Of a DNA stretch of 64,000 nucleotides, positions 48,788 through 58,398 are shown piece by piece (within the stretch, counting starts at the first letter, position 1; each line of letters begins with the position of its first letter). The position numbers were made by a program, and so were the translations under genes. The stretch lies in NCBI GenBank assembly GCA_963664015.2, contig CAXXLF010000001.1, positions 64,001-128,000 on the forward strand. The letters run 5' to 3'. This DNA comes from Candidatus Binatia bacterium (GTDB lineage: Bacteria; Desulfobacterota; Binatia; UBA9968; CAXXLF01). The notes below the pieces were generated by a model. The model worked only from the letters and a program-made list of their open reading frames with translations, did not search any database and was not told the DNA's origin.

Positions 48788-49507
48788 ATGGACGACCGGG
48801 AACGTTCTTATAACACTCCGGATTTTAAAATTAAACTTCCGGAGTCGGATCGGCTCGGGGAGACTATTCCGGTTCGGGTGGGAACCATGGCCCCCGAGTT
48901 TGAAGCACCGATCCTGGAGGGGCCCGTGGTTCGTCTCGGCGATTTGCGAGCCCAGGGGCACGTGGTCCTTATGATGGGCTCCATTACCAGTCCTATGTGC
49001 GCCATCGCCGTGCCCGGAATGAACCGGCTCCACTCGAAGCTAAAGGACAAAGGCGTGTCTATCTACCTCATCTATGTCAAGGAATCGCATCCCGGCGAGC
49101 ATTACCCGCACCATACCTCACTGGAGCAGAAGACCGAACATGCTCGGCAACTCCGGCGGTTGGAAAAGGTCGAGTTTCCGATTCTAGTAGACAGCCTGGA
49201 CGGATCCATTCACCGGAGCTATGGGCCGTGGCCCACCTCGATCTTCGTCATACATCGGGATGGGAGGCTTTTTTTTCGCAGTACCATCACGGACCCCCAT
49301 GAGGTGGAGCTGTACCTCGAGGAGCTCGTGCAGTCGAATGCCATCACCCAAAACCCCGATCGAGTCCCTCACCTCAGTTATTCCGAGCGGTTGATCGAAC
49401 ACGACCCCGACCGGGAGATACACCGCCGGGTATATGATCGAGCCGGACCCAAGGCCTATGAGGACGTTTGGAATGCCTTCCCCACCATGCGCGGCCGTTG
49501 GCCCTAG
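48788..49507 (+). CDS. Deiodinase-like thioredoxin-fold (redoxin) protein
   Basis: APEF, GSITSPMC, IYVKESHPGE, ILVDSLDG.IHRSYG.WP motifs. Confidence 0.8.
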   Translation: MDDRERSYNTPDFKIKLPESDRLGETIPVRVGTMAPEFEAPILEGPVVRLGDLRAQGHVVLMMGSITSPMCAIAVPGMNRLHSKLKDKGVSIYLIYVKESHPGEHYPHHTSLEQKTEHARQLRRLEKVEFPILVDSLDGSIHRSYGPWPTSIFVIHRDGRLFFRSTITDPHEVELYLEELVQSNAITQNPDRVPHLSYSERLIEHDPDREIHRRVYDRAGPKAYEDVWNAFPTMRGRWP

Positions 49508-49519
49508 GGGTTAAGATCA

Positions 49520-50023
49520 AGAACCGGCCGCCATTTCTCGAGTACCTTCTGTCGCAAGGTTTTGGGAGCGGCCGCCGTAGGGATGCCAATCACTCGGATC
49601 GCTGAGAATATGAGCCGAAACCAGATTGACGGCGCCATCATCCCATGGAGAGCCCTCATTCCTTTCCAAATCAACCAGGTCGCAAAATATCACTACAGTG
49701 CTGACCTAGGCGTCCTTCCTGTAGTCGTTGCTATGAACAAAAGGCAGTGCGAAAATCTTTCCCCGAAGGCCAGAGCCGTCGTGGACCAAAGTGGGCCACT
49801 GTTATCAAAAATGAGAGGAAAGACTTACGACGACACTCGAACAGAATACATCAATCGGCACAAGGCAGACCCGAAACACACAGTGATCGAGCCAACTTCA
49901 GCGGAACGAGGTGAGATGATAACCCTGTTCCAACCTCTGCATGATCAGTGGAGAGCCCAAAACGGAACGCAGCGTTATGATGCCCTCGTCAAGATTTTCT
50001 TCGAGATCCGGAAAGGCAATTAA
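49520..50023 (+). pseudogene. TRAP transporter substrate-binding DctP, C-terminal half only
   Basis: LGAAAVGMP...IDG...VAKYH...VAMNK..ENLSP; N-terminal half absent. Confidence 0.75.
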
Positions 50024-50053
50024 AAAATCTGATTCCACACTAAGGCAACGTAG

Positions 50054-50576
50054 ATGCATTGGTTTTACCTTGAAAAGAGGCTCACGGCTTTCGCCCGATG
50101 GTTGGCCTTTCTGGGCTTTTTTTTCTCCTCTTACTCTCCCTAATCATTGTCACTGATATTTTCATGCGTTAGCTGTTTCACGCCCCCTTAGCAGGGACCG
50201 GGGACATATCCAAAGTGCTGTTGCCTGTTATCGTAGCCACCTGCTTTCTCATTGCCGTGCACCAGCGCCAACACGTTACGATCCGGTTCCTGGCACTTCA
50301 TTGGGTCCGCGCAGGGGAACCTATCTGGAATTCTTTGGTTCACTGGTGCTGTTGGTATTTCTTCTCCGTATGTCCTGGCAGTTGATCCTCCACACCGCTG
50401 GAATGCAGGCCGCCAGGGAACATACCTGGGTTATTCAAATCTTAATGGCACCATGGTGGTGGGTGACAACGGCCATCATGGCCTCCTGCCTTCCCTTGCA
50501 AAGTCTTATTGTGCTGTCTTGTCTGATCCGGGTCGTTACCGGGCGGTCTCCGGACGGGGCCCCACAAATCCCTTAG
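50054..50576 (+). pseudogene. TRAP small permease DctQ, frameshifted
   Basis: DIFMR*LF.AP..G..DI, QHVTIRF, EHTWVIQI..APWWW fragments in different frames. Confidence 0.7.
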
Positions 50577-50602
50577 AGTTTTGAGCAATAGGGATATTCG
50601 TC

Positions 50603-51924
50603 GTGAACATTCCCATAGACCCCCTGGTCATCGGCATCCTCGGATTGGCCTGCATATTTGTTCTAATCACCCTTCATGTTCCCATCGGCGTTGCCATGGC
50701 CGTAGCCGGCCTGCTCAGCTTTACGGCCTTGCAGAACCTGGAAACCGGCGTCACCCTCTTTGGCAGCGAACCCGCCAGTGTTATCTCCAATCTCGACATC
50801 GGCGTTATCCCTCTGTTTCTGCTCATGGGCGGGTTTTCGTCTGCGGCCGGTCTATCGGCAGACATCTAGCGCCTGGGCTATGCCCTGGTTGGACACTATC
50901 GAGGCGGCTTGGCCATGGCCACCATTGGCGGGTGTACTGGATTCGGCGCAGTGTATGGCTCATCCGTCGCCACTGTGGCCACCATGACCCGCGTGGCGCT
51001 CCCCGAAATGCTCGAGCGTCGGTACTCGTCCAAGCTTGCCACCGGCTGTATCGCCGCCGGCGGGACCCTGGGGATGCTGATTCCGCCGTCCATCATTATG
51101 GTCCTATACGGATTTCTGACCGAGCAGTTTGTCATTGCCTTGTTTATCGCAGCCATTGTACCCGGGATCATTACCGTGCTGTTTTACGCTGTAGCCATTG
51201 CCCTTTACGTCCGTGTTCATCCGGAAGCCGGGCCCCCCCGGCACCCGGCAATCATGGAACGAAGTATTGGCCGTCACGGGTCAGGCGTGACGAGTTTTCC
51301 TGCTCGCCGTTGTGGTACTGGAAGGACTTTATGGAAGGTTCTTCACGGTCTCCGAGGCCGCCGCTGTGGGTGCAGTAACCGCATTTTTATTCACCGTCTT
51401 CCGGGGCAAATTGACCTGGCCAACGCTTTGGAACGTCCTTTTGGATACGGCTGCAAACACGGGGATGATATATCTGTTTTTGATCGGTGCCTCGATATTC
51501 ACTTTTTCCATATCCCTCTCGTGACTACCAGAGGCCATGATCCAATGGATTGTAGCGATTGATCTACCGCCTCTACTCGTCATCTTTGCTCTACTGGTCG
51601 TGTACCTGGTTCTCGGCAGCGTCTTTGAAACCATTTCCGCTATGATCATTACACTCCCATTCGTATTCCCATTGATCCTGGAGCTTGGATACTATCCTAA
51701 TCTGGTGGGGCATTATCAACGTGATCGTCATCGAAGTGGGGCTCATCACACCTCCTATCGGGCTCAATGCCTTCGTCATTCACGGGATGGCTAAGGACAT
51801 TTCTCTGACATCGATTTTTTCAGGGATCTTACCCTTCTTCTTGGCCGACATCGCCAGGCTGGTCATCCTGGTAGTCTTTCCGACCTTGGTCTAATGGCTG
51901 CCCAAGGCCCTGGGGGTGATTTAA
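50603..51924 (+). pseudogene. TRAP large permease DctM with multiple stops and frameshifts
   Basis: VPIGVAM, IPLFLLMG, GSSVATVATM..VALPEM, GGTLGMLIPPSI, ITPPIGLN; TAG at 50867, TGA at 51522. Confidence 0.85.
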
Positions 51925-52104
51925 CCCGGCTTGAACCCAATAGCGGGTCGGGATCTTGCCCTTCGGGAAGCGGGCAGAGCGTCCCGATTTGCATGTTCCG
52001 CGGAGCCAGTCTATTATTTCTTGGCGGGGGAGAAAACAAACCGCCTACGCTCAACTCCTGTTCGCACCCACCCTGGTGGACAGGAACCCATAGTTTGGAA
52101 AAGT

Positions 52105-52181
52105 GGCGGTGTAGCTCAGATGGTTAGAGCACGCGGCTCATATCCGCGGCGTCGCAGGTTCGATTCCTGCCACCGCCACCA
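52105..52181 (+). tRNA. tRNA-Met (CAT), elongator type
   Basis: GGCGGTG acceptor stem with G1-C72 paired; TAGCTCAG..GG D-arm; CGCGG-CTCATAT-CCGCG anticodon arm; GGTTCGATTCC; encoded CCA. Confidence 0.95.
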
Positions 52182-52413
52182 AAATTTTATTGGCCCATCC
52201 TATTTCAGGAAATCCCCTTTTGTCCCTCAAAAACCACACTTTTCACCATTGCTAACCAAAACTATTCTCGGACAGGATGCCTGCAGAGCGCTCCTACTTA
52301 GCGTGACGGCACGCGTCAATAGAGTTGCCATATCCTAGTGGATAACCTATAAAATATTCTTGTTCGCAAAGCAGTAGAGATGGGCTTCCGATTGCCGCAG
52401 GAGATCGAAAAGC

Positions 52414-53388
52414 ATGTCATTAAAGGGAAAAGTTATTTTGGTCACCGGAGGAACGGGGTCCTTCGGAAACAAATTCACCGAGCTCGTACTGAAGGAACAT
52501 CAACCCAAGGCTATTCGTATCTTCTCACGCGGTGAGCTGCTCCAGTTGCAGATGGCTCAGCGCTTCAAACAGGATCCCAGGCTACGATTTTTCATTGGCG
52601 ACGTGCGCGATCGCGACCGACTGCACCTGGCGATGAATGGGGCTGATATTGTCGTCCATGCGGCCGCACTGAAACAGGTCCCAGCCTGCGAGTACAACCC
52701 ATTCGAAGCCGTTCAGACTAATATCGTGGGCGCCAAGAACGTGATCGATGCAGCCATGGTCCAGGGGGTCAAGAAAGTGATGGCCATCAGTACCGACAAA
52801 GCGGTCAACCCTGTCAACCTCTACGGAGCCACCAAGCTCTGTGCGGAGAAGCTGTTCGTTCAAGGCAACTCTTATACGGGAGACGGCGGGCTACGCTTTA
52901 GCTGTACCCGATACGGAAACGTCATCGAGAGCAGGGGGAGCGTGTTCGACGTCTTCAAGCAACAACGAGATAGCGGAAAGATCACGGTTACTGATAAACG
53001 AATGACCCGCTTTTGGCTCACCCTGGAGCAGGGGGTCCGCTTTGTCCTGCGTTGCATCGATGGGATGAAAGGCGGGGAGGTCTTTGTCCCCAAGATCCCC
53101 AGTATGCGCATCATGGACCTCGTGAAGGGCATCGCCCCAGGGTGTAAGATTGACTTCATTGGCATCCGGCCGGGAGAAAAACTCCATGAAGTTCTTATCT
53201 CCCGGGACGAATCCCGTCACACCTGTGAACTCGCCTACGCCTACATTGTCCAGCCGGAGCACGTCTGGTGGAAGTCAACCTTTTGGAGCAAGGGGAAGGT
53301 CCTCCCCGACGGCTTCCAGTATACCAGCGACGAGAACGATCGCTGGCTCACTATCGAAGACATGAGAAAAAGCGTCCAGAGCCTCTAG
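52414..53388 (+). CDS. pseB: UDP-N-acetylglucosamine 4,6-dehydratase (inverting)
   Basis: TGGTGSFG, HAAALKQVP, STDKAVNPVNLYGATK, RYGNV, MTRFW, GIRPGEKLHE motifs. Confidence 0.93.
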   Translation: MSLKGKVILVTGGTGSFGNKFTELVLKEHQPKAIRIFSRGELLQLQMAQRFKQDPRLRFFIGDVRDRDRLHLAMNGADIVVHAAALKQVPACEYNPFEAVQTNIVGAKNVIDAAMVQGVKKVMAISTDKAVNPVNLYGATKLCAEKLFVQGNSYTGDGGLRFSCTRYGNVIESRGSVFDVFKQQRDSGKITVTDKRMTRFWLTLEQGVRFVLRCIDGMKGGEVFVPKIPSMRIMDLVKGIAPGCKIDFIGIRPGEKLHEVLISRDESRHTCELAYAYIVQPEHVWWKSTFWSKGKVLPDGFQYTSDENDRWLTIEDMRKSVQSL

Positions 53389-53409
53389 CCTCGGCTATTG
53401 AAAGAAACG

Positions 53410-54567
53410 ATGGCAGAGCGGATGATACCCTACGGACGGCAGTGGATAGACAACGATGATACCGAGGCTGTCCTTGAGGTACTTCGTTCCGACTGGCTGA
53501 CCACGGGACCGAAAGTGGAGGGGTTCGAAACGGATTTTGCCCGGTTCGTGGGAGCCCGCGCGGCGGTAGCCGTGAGCAGTGGCACCGCCGCCCTGCACGC
53601 AGCCATGTACGCCATCGGCATCGCACCTGGCGATGAGGTCATCGTGCCTGCGATGACCTTCGTTGCCAGCGCCAACTGCGTGGTCTTCCAGGGTGGCACA
53701 CCGGTCTTCGCCGACGTCAGCCCCCATACTCTTCTCATCGATTCGGCCCGGGTCGAAGCCAGGATCACGGAGCGAACCAAGGCCATTATTGCCGTGGACT
53801 ATGCAGGGCAACCCTGTTCCTATGATGCCTTACGGACCCTCGCAAAGAGTCACAAATTGTCCCTGGTATCGGATGCCTCTCATTCCACGGGTGCTGTGTA
53901 TAAGGGGCGCCCTGTGGGCTCCCTGGCCGATTTGACCACGTTTAGCTTTCATCCCGTCAAGAATATGACCACCGGCGAAGGGGGAATGGTTACAACAGAC
54001 GATCCGGCATTGGAACGACGTTTAAGGAGTTTTCGCAACCACGGCCTCACCAAGGACAGTCATGAAAGGGAGCGGGCAGGTTCCTGGCACTATGAAATGG
54101 ACGATCTCGGGTACAATTACCGGCTTACTGATTTTCAGTGTGCCCTTGGGCAGACCCAACTCGGCAAGCTACCCGGTTGGATCCAACGGCGACGGGAGAT
54201 TGCCGGCCGATACGATACAGCCTTCGGAGCCATGAATGCCCTAACCCCCCTGGCTTTAGAACCTGATGTCCAGCACGCTTATCATCTTTACGTGGTCCAA
54301 CTGGATCTGAAACGGTTAAAGAAAACGCGGGATGAGATGTATTCAGCTCTGCGTTCCCAGGGAATAGGAGTTAACGTCCATTACATGCCCGTGCACCTGC
54401 ACCCCTTCTATGGCCGGCGCTTCGGCACCCACAAAGGGATGTGTCCCGTGGCCGAACGCGCCTATGAACGTATCATTTCCCTTCCCATGTTTCCGAGGAT
54501 GACCGATAATGATGTGAACATTGTGATAGCGACTGTACAGAAGGTGGTCAAACCTCATGACCTCTAG
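53410..54567 (+). CDS. pseC: UDP-4-amino-4,6-dideoxy-N-acetyl-beta-L-altrosamine transaminase (DegT family)
   Basis: IPYGRQWI, WLTTGP, FSFHPVKNMTTGEGG, LGYNYRLTDFQCALG motifs. Confidence 0.9.
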   Translation: MAERMIPYGRQWIDNDDTEAVLEVLRSDWLTTGPKVEGFETDFARFVGARAAVAVSSGTAALHAAMYAIGIAPGDEVIVPAMTFVASANCVVFQGGTPVFADVSPHTLLIDSARVEARITERTKAIIAVDYAGQPCSYDALRTLAKSHKLSLVSDASHSTGAVYKGRPVGSLADLTTFSFHPVKNMTTGEGGMVTTDDPALERRLRSFRNHGLTKDSHERERAGSWHYEMDDLGYNYRLTDFQCALGQTQLGKLPGWIQRRREIAGRYDTAFGAMNALTPLALEPDVQHAYHLYVVQLDLKRLKKTRDEMYSALRSQGIGVNVHYMPVHLHPFYGRRFGTHKGMCPVAERAYERIISLPMFPRMTDNDVNIVIATVQKVVKPHDL

Positions 54568-55237
54568 CCAACACAATACCTTCGCTGACACCGAAGGAGA
54601 TCGTTGGTTTGCTCCTAATAACTCTCAATTAGAAGAGTTTGATCCTCGAGTCGATCCGGTCTGTAAATTGTTCGAACTTTACAGCCTGAAACCGCAAAAA
54701 GCGATTGTGATAGGCGCCGCTAATCGTGGTAGGCTTGAGGCAATCCCTGAGCGATATCCGTCCAATGTGATTGCCGTTCATGTTTCCAATAAAGCCCTCG
54801 CCGACGGTAGAAGTAAGCTTGCCCACATCAGATTTATTCAAGGAGTAGCCCATGCCATTCCCACAAAGGTACTTTTCGATCTCGTTATTATCAACTTTGT
54901 TTTTAATTGGATAGAGCGAAGTAACCTTTTAAGATCCGAAGGGGAGATCGATCGGGTGGTGATGGATGGGGGATCCCTCGTTATTGGAGATTTTTATCCG
55001 TCGAACCTTTCCAAGGTGCGATACAATCATACGCCCGACGACGAACTATATACTTACAAGCAGGATTACGCTGGAATTTCCACGGCCTCTGGCCTCTATC
55101 CTCAGGTCTGCGTGCTAACCGGGGATCACTCTTCAGCAGGTTTTGAGGGCGAGGTCTCTGGGGATAGGCGCACGGGAGCCTGGCTTTTACACAAGACGCT
55201 CGGGGAGCAATATATAGAACGGACATTAAGGCGCTAA
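54557..55237 (+). CDS. Class I SAM-dependent methyltransferase-like protein (motifs degenerate)
   Basis: F..TEGDRWF, VIGAAN.GRL, FDLVI..FV, GG.LVIGDF, YTYKQDY motifs. Confidence 0.7.
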   Translation: MTSSQHNTFADTEGDRWFAPNNSQLEEFDPRVDPVCKLFELYSLKPQKAIVIGAANRGRLEAIPERYPSNVIAVHVSNKALADGRSKLAHIRFIQGVAHAIPTKVLFDLVIINFVFNWIERSNLLRSEGEIDRVVMDGGSLVIGDFYPSNLSKVRYNHTPDDELYTYKQDYAGISTASGLYPQVCVLTGDHSSAGFEGEVSGDRRTGAWLLHKTLGEQYIERTLRR

Positions 55238-55313
55238 CTTCGCAGCCCGAGGGACATTGTTTGCGGGGTATCAAATGGAAACCTGCATGAGCGCCTAGGA
55301 TTCGAATTTGACA

Positions 55314-56309
55314 ATGCGTTTTCTTGTGATTGGCTGTGGCTCCATTGGGAAACGCCACATCGACAACTTACTCGCCCTCCACGCTGGTGAGATTCTAGCA
55401 TTTGATCTTCGGGACGACCGCCGAAGAGAAGTCGCGTCACAATTCGGCGTTCGCGTAGTGGATCATCTGGACGACGCGTGGGACGCTCATCCGGAGGTAG
55501 CCCTGGTGACAGCGCCCACAAGGCAGCATGTTCCGTTGGGATTACAAGCCGCCGAGCACGGATGCCATCTGTTCATTGAGAAGCCCTTATCGGACCAGCG
55601 AGATCGTGTCCATCAACTGCTCAATACTGTGCAAAAGGGGAACCTCATTACACTGGTGGGCTGCAATATGCGCTTCCATCCAGGTCTCATGAAAGTCAAA
55701 AAGCTGGTAGAGGACAATGCAATTGGACGTGTGGTTGCGGCGCGGGTGGAGACAGGACAGTATTTACCCGATTGGCATCCGGGGGAGGATTACCGCCAGA
55801 GTTATAGCGCCGGAACTGAGCTTGGGGGCGGAGTGATTCTCGATGGGATCCATGAGATTGACTATCTTCGTTGGTTACTTGGCGAGGTAACAACGGTTGC
55901 CTGTTTCGCGGGTAAACTTAGTCACCTGGAAATCGATACGGAAGATACAGCGGCCATTCTTCTGCGCTTTGATAATCAGGCGATCGGTGAGGTTCACTTG
56001 GATTATGTCCAGCGAACCTATAGCCGGTCCTGTCATTTAATTGGGGAGGAAGGCACGATCCGCTGGGATTACAATGAAGGGAGTGTAAAGTGGTATTCCG
56101 CCAAGTCAGGCCAATGGAAGTTTTTCTCGAATCCCAAAGGTTGGGAATCTAATCAGATGTACGTCGATGAGTTGAAACATTTTCTTAGATGTCTGGCTCA
56201 GAAAGAACAATCGATTTTGGATGTTTTTGAGGGTGCGCGGGTGCTGGAAGTGACACTTGCTGCCAAAGCTTCGGCAGAGACAGGTCAGGTTGTAGGGCTT
56301 CAAGCGTAA
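55314..56309 (+). CDS. Gfo/Idh/MocA family oxidoreductase
   Basis: GCGSIGKRH, FIEKP, YLPDWHP.EDYR.SYS...GGG...D..HEID motifs. Confidence 0.92.
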   Translation: MRFLVIGCGSIGKRHIDNLLALHAGEILAFDLRDDRRREVASQFGVRVVDHLDDAWDAHPEVALVTAPTRQHVPLGLQAAEHGCHLFIEKPLSDQRDRVHQLLNTVQKGNLITLVGCNMRFHPGLMKVKKLVEDNAIGRVVAARVETGQYLPDWHPGEDYRQSYSAGTELGGGVILDGIHEIDYLRWLLGEVTTVACFAGKLSHLEIDTEDTAAILLRFDNQAIGEVHLDYVQRTYSRSCHLIGEEGTIRWDYNEGSVKWYSAKSGQWKFFSNPKGWESNQMYVDELKHFLRCLAQKEQSILDVFEGARVLEVTLAAKASAETGQVVGLQA

Positions 56310-56312
56310 AGC

Positions 56313-57050
56313 ATGGCGCAGGTATCAAAGGTTATAGCTATCATCCAGGCCCGGATGGGTTCCACCCGACTTCCGGGCAAAGTGCTGGCGCAAATTGCAG
56401 GGCATCCGATGCTCCGGCAAGTGGTGAACCGGGTTCGTATGGCGCGCTCTGTGGAGCACGTCGTAGTGGCTACATCTAACCAGTTGTCCGACCGTCCCAT
56501 CGCTGATTATTGCGCAGACAATCACATCGACTTCTATCGTGGTAGCGAAAAAGATGTCCTTGACCGTTATTATCAGTGCGCTAGCCAGTTTACCGGTTCA
56601 ACCATTATTCGGATCACCGCCGACTGCCCACTTGTGGATTCAGACACGATTGACAAGGTGGTGGGGACATTCAGGGAAGGAAGCTATGATTACGTTTCCA
56701 ACATTTTCCCCCGTACCTACCCAGATGGATTGGACGTGGAATCCTTCTCTTTAAGAGCCTTGGAACGTGGATGGCTTGAAGCTGTTTTGCCCTATGATCG
56801 CGAGCATGTGACACCGTTCTTGCTCAAGCAACCGCAACTCTTTCGAATCGGGAACATCCAGCATCGGGAGAATCTCTCTGACATGCGTTGGACCGTAGAT
56901 CATCCGCAGGATATAGAATTTGTCCGGGCGGTGTATGACCATATGAAGGTTACAGATTTTGGTTTAGCGGAGGTACTAGATCTCCTGAAGAAACACCCAG
57001 AGTTTACACAAATCAACTCGGGGATTGAAGAGACACAGTCCATTGGATAA
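56313..57050 (+). CDS. SpsF-like cytidylyltransferase (CMP-nonulosonate synthetase candidate)
   Basis: IIQARMGSTRLPGKV, RGSE.DVL.RY, RITADCP, REHVT, RWTVD motifs. Confidence 0.88.
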   Translation: MAQVSKVIAIIQARMGSTRLPGKVLAQIAGHPMLRQVVNRVRMARSVEHVVVATSNQLSDRPIADYCADNHIDFYRGSEKDVLDRYYQCASQFTGSTIIRITADCPLVDSDTIDKVVGTFREGSYDYVSNIFPRTYPDGLDVESFSLRALERGWLEAVLPYDREHVTPFLLKQPQLFRIGNIQHRENLSDMRWTVDHPQDIEFVRAVYDHMKVTDFGLAEVLDLLKKHPEFTQINSGIEETQSIG

Positions 57051-57084
57051 TACACCCAATTCCATCAACGGGAGAGGAGGCGCG

Positions 57085-58398
57085 ATGGGTCAGACGGGGC
57101 AAGAGCTATATAAAAAAGCACGCAAAATTATTCCGGGCGGCACACAACTCCTATCCAAGCGTCCAGAGATGATCCTCCCAGACCAATGGCCCGCCTACTA
57201 TGCCAAGGCTTGTGGCGTGGAAACCTGGGGGCTGGATGGCACGAAATATATTGATATGAGCACCTGTGGTATTGGTACCTGTGTATTGGGATTTGCAGAC
57301 CCTGATGTGAACGATGCCGTACGGGCAGTCATCGATTCAGGTTCCATGTCCACCTTGAATTGCCCTGAGGAGGTGGAGCTCGCCGAGCTTCTCTGCGAAC
57401 TGCACCCCTGGGCGGATAGGGTCCGGTATGCACGGGGCGGTGGGGAGGCTATGACCGTCGGCGTACGGATCGCCCGTGCTCAGACCGGCCGTGAGAAAAT
57501 TGCGTTCTGTGGGTACCATGGTTGGTTTGACTGGTACCTCTCGGCTAACTTAGCCGAGACAGATGCCCTGGACGGGCATCTGCTGCCGGGCCTAGAGCCA
57601 TCCGGTGTTCCTCGCGGGTTAGCCGGTACGGCACTGCCGTTTCACTATAACAACCTTCATGAACTCGAGAGCTTGGCCCAAGCCCACGGGAGCGAGCTAG
57701 CAGCGATCGTGATGGAACCCGTAAGTAACCAACAGCCCCAACCCGGGTTCCTGCAGGGAGCCAGAGACATTGCTACAAGAATTGGCGCTGTCTTGATCTT
57801 CGATGAGGTTACATCGGGCTGGCGTCTGAACACAGGTGGAGCTCACCTGTTGTACCATGTAAACCCGGACATAGCAGTCTTTGCCAAGGCTATTAGCAAT
57901 GGCTATCCCATGGCCGCCATTATTGGGATCAAGCAGGTGATGGAGGCGGCTCAATCCAGCTTTATTAGCAGCACCTACTGGACTGAAAGAATAGGGCCCG
58001 CAGCCGCGCTAGCCACCATTCGTAAACATCAACGCTGCGCCGTAGCGGAACGGCTAATCAAGGTGGGAGAACGCATTCAATCGGGGTGGAGTGGAGCTGC
58101 CCGTAGCAATGGGTTGTCCATGAAGATCACGGGCATCCCACCCTTAAGTCATTTTTCGTTTGATTATGAGAATGGGCAGGCGATTCGAAGCCTCTTTACT
58201 CAATGGATGCTCCACAAAGGATTTTTAGCCACCGATTCATTTTATGCCACTTACGCGCACCAGGAAGATCAAATCGACCGATACCTTACAGCGGTTGAGG
58301 AGACTTTTCGGAGTTTATCCGTGGCTATCAAAAATGGAGCCGTGGAAAGGGAACTCCGAGGTCCGGTTGCTCAAAGCAGTTTCCAGCGACTTACATGA
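57085..58398 (+). CDS. Class III PLP aminotransferase (glutamate-semialdehyde aminomutase-like)
   Basis: IPGGTQLLSKRP, CGYHGW, MEP, FDEVTSGWR, FAKAISNGYP, SSTYW motifs; RBS GGAGG. Confidence 0.9.
   Translation: MGQTGQELYKKARKIIPGGTQLLSKRPEMILPDQWPAYYAKACGVETWGLDGTKYIDMSTCGIGTCVLGFADPDVNDAVRAVIDSGSMSTLNCPEEVELAELLCELHPWADRVRYARGGGEAMTVGVRIARAQTGREKIAFCGYHGWFDWYLSANLAETDALDGHLLPGLEPSGVPRGLAGTALPFHYNNLHELESLAQAHGSELAAIVMEPVSNQQPQPGFLQGARDIATRIGAVLIFDEVTSGWRLNTGGAHLLYHVNPDIAVFAKAISNGYPMAAIIGIKQVMEAAQSSFISSTYWTERIGPAAALATIRKHQRCAVAERLIKVGERIQSGWSGAARSNGLSMKITGIPPLSHFSFDYENGQAIRSLFTQWMLHKGFLATDSFYATYAHQEDQIDRYLTAVEETFRSLSVAIKNGAVERELRGPVAQSSFQRLT

Noticed and set aside
50581-51378. 265-aa Arg/His-rich ORF and similar long alternate-frame or antisense ORFs
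   Set aside because: Shadow frames of real genes or pseudogenes (here dctM) with no protein-like motifs.
37927-51524. Other in-frame TGA codons (37927, 42592, 51522) as Sec or as genome-wide UGA=Trp recoding
   Set aside because: They lie in TM or signal segments rather than Cys motifs, I saw no SECIS-like hairpin, neighbouring pseudogenes also have TAA/TAG stops and frameshifts, and many intact genes (e.g. dnaA) end in TGA.
52337-52345. DnaA-box-like AGTGGATAA upstream of pseB
   Set aside because: A single one-mismatch 9-mer is expected by chance in 64 kb.
52105-52420. Integrative element or prophage at tRNA-Met
   Set aside because: No integrase and no duplicated tRNA 3' end found in the window; the downstream genes are polysaccharide biosynthesis genes.
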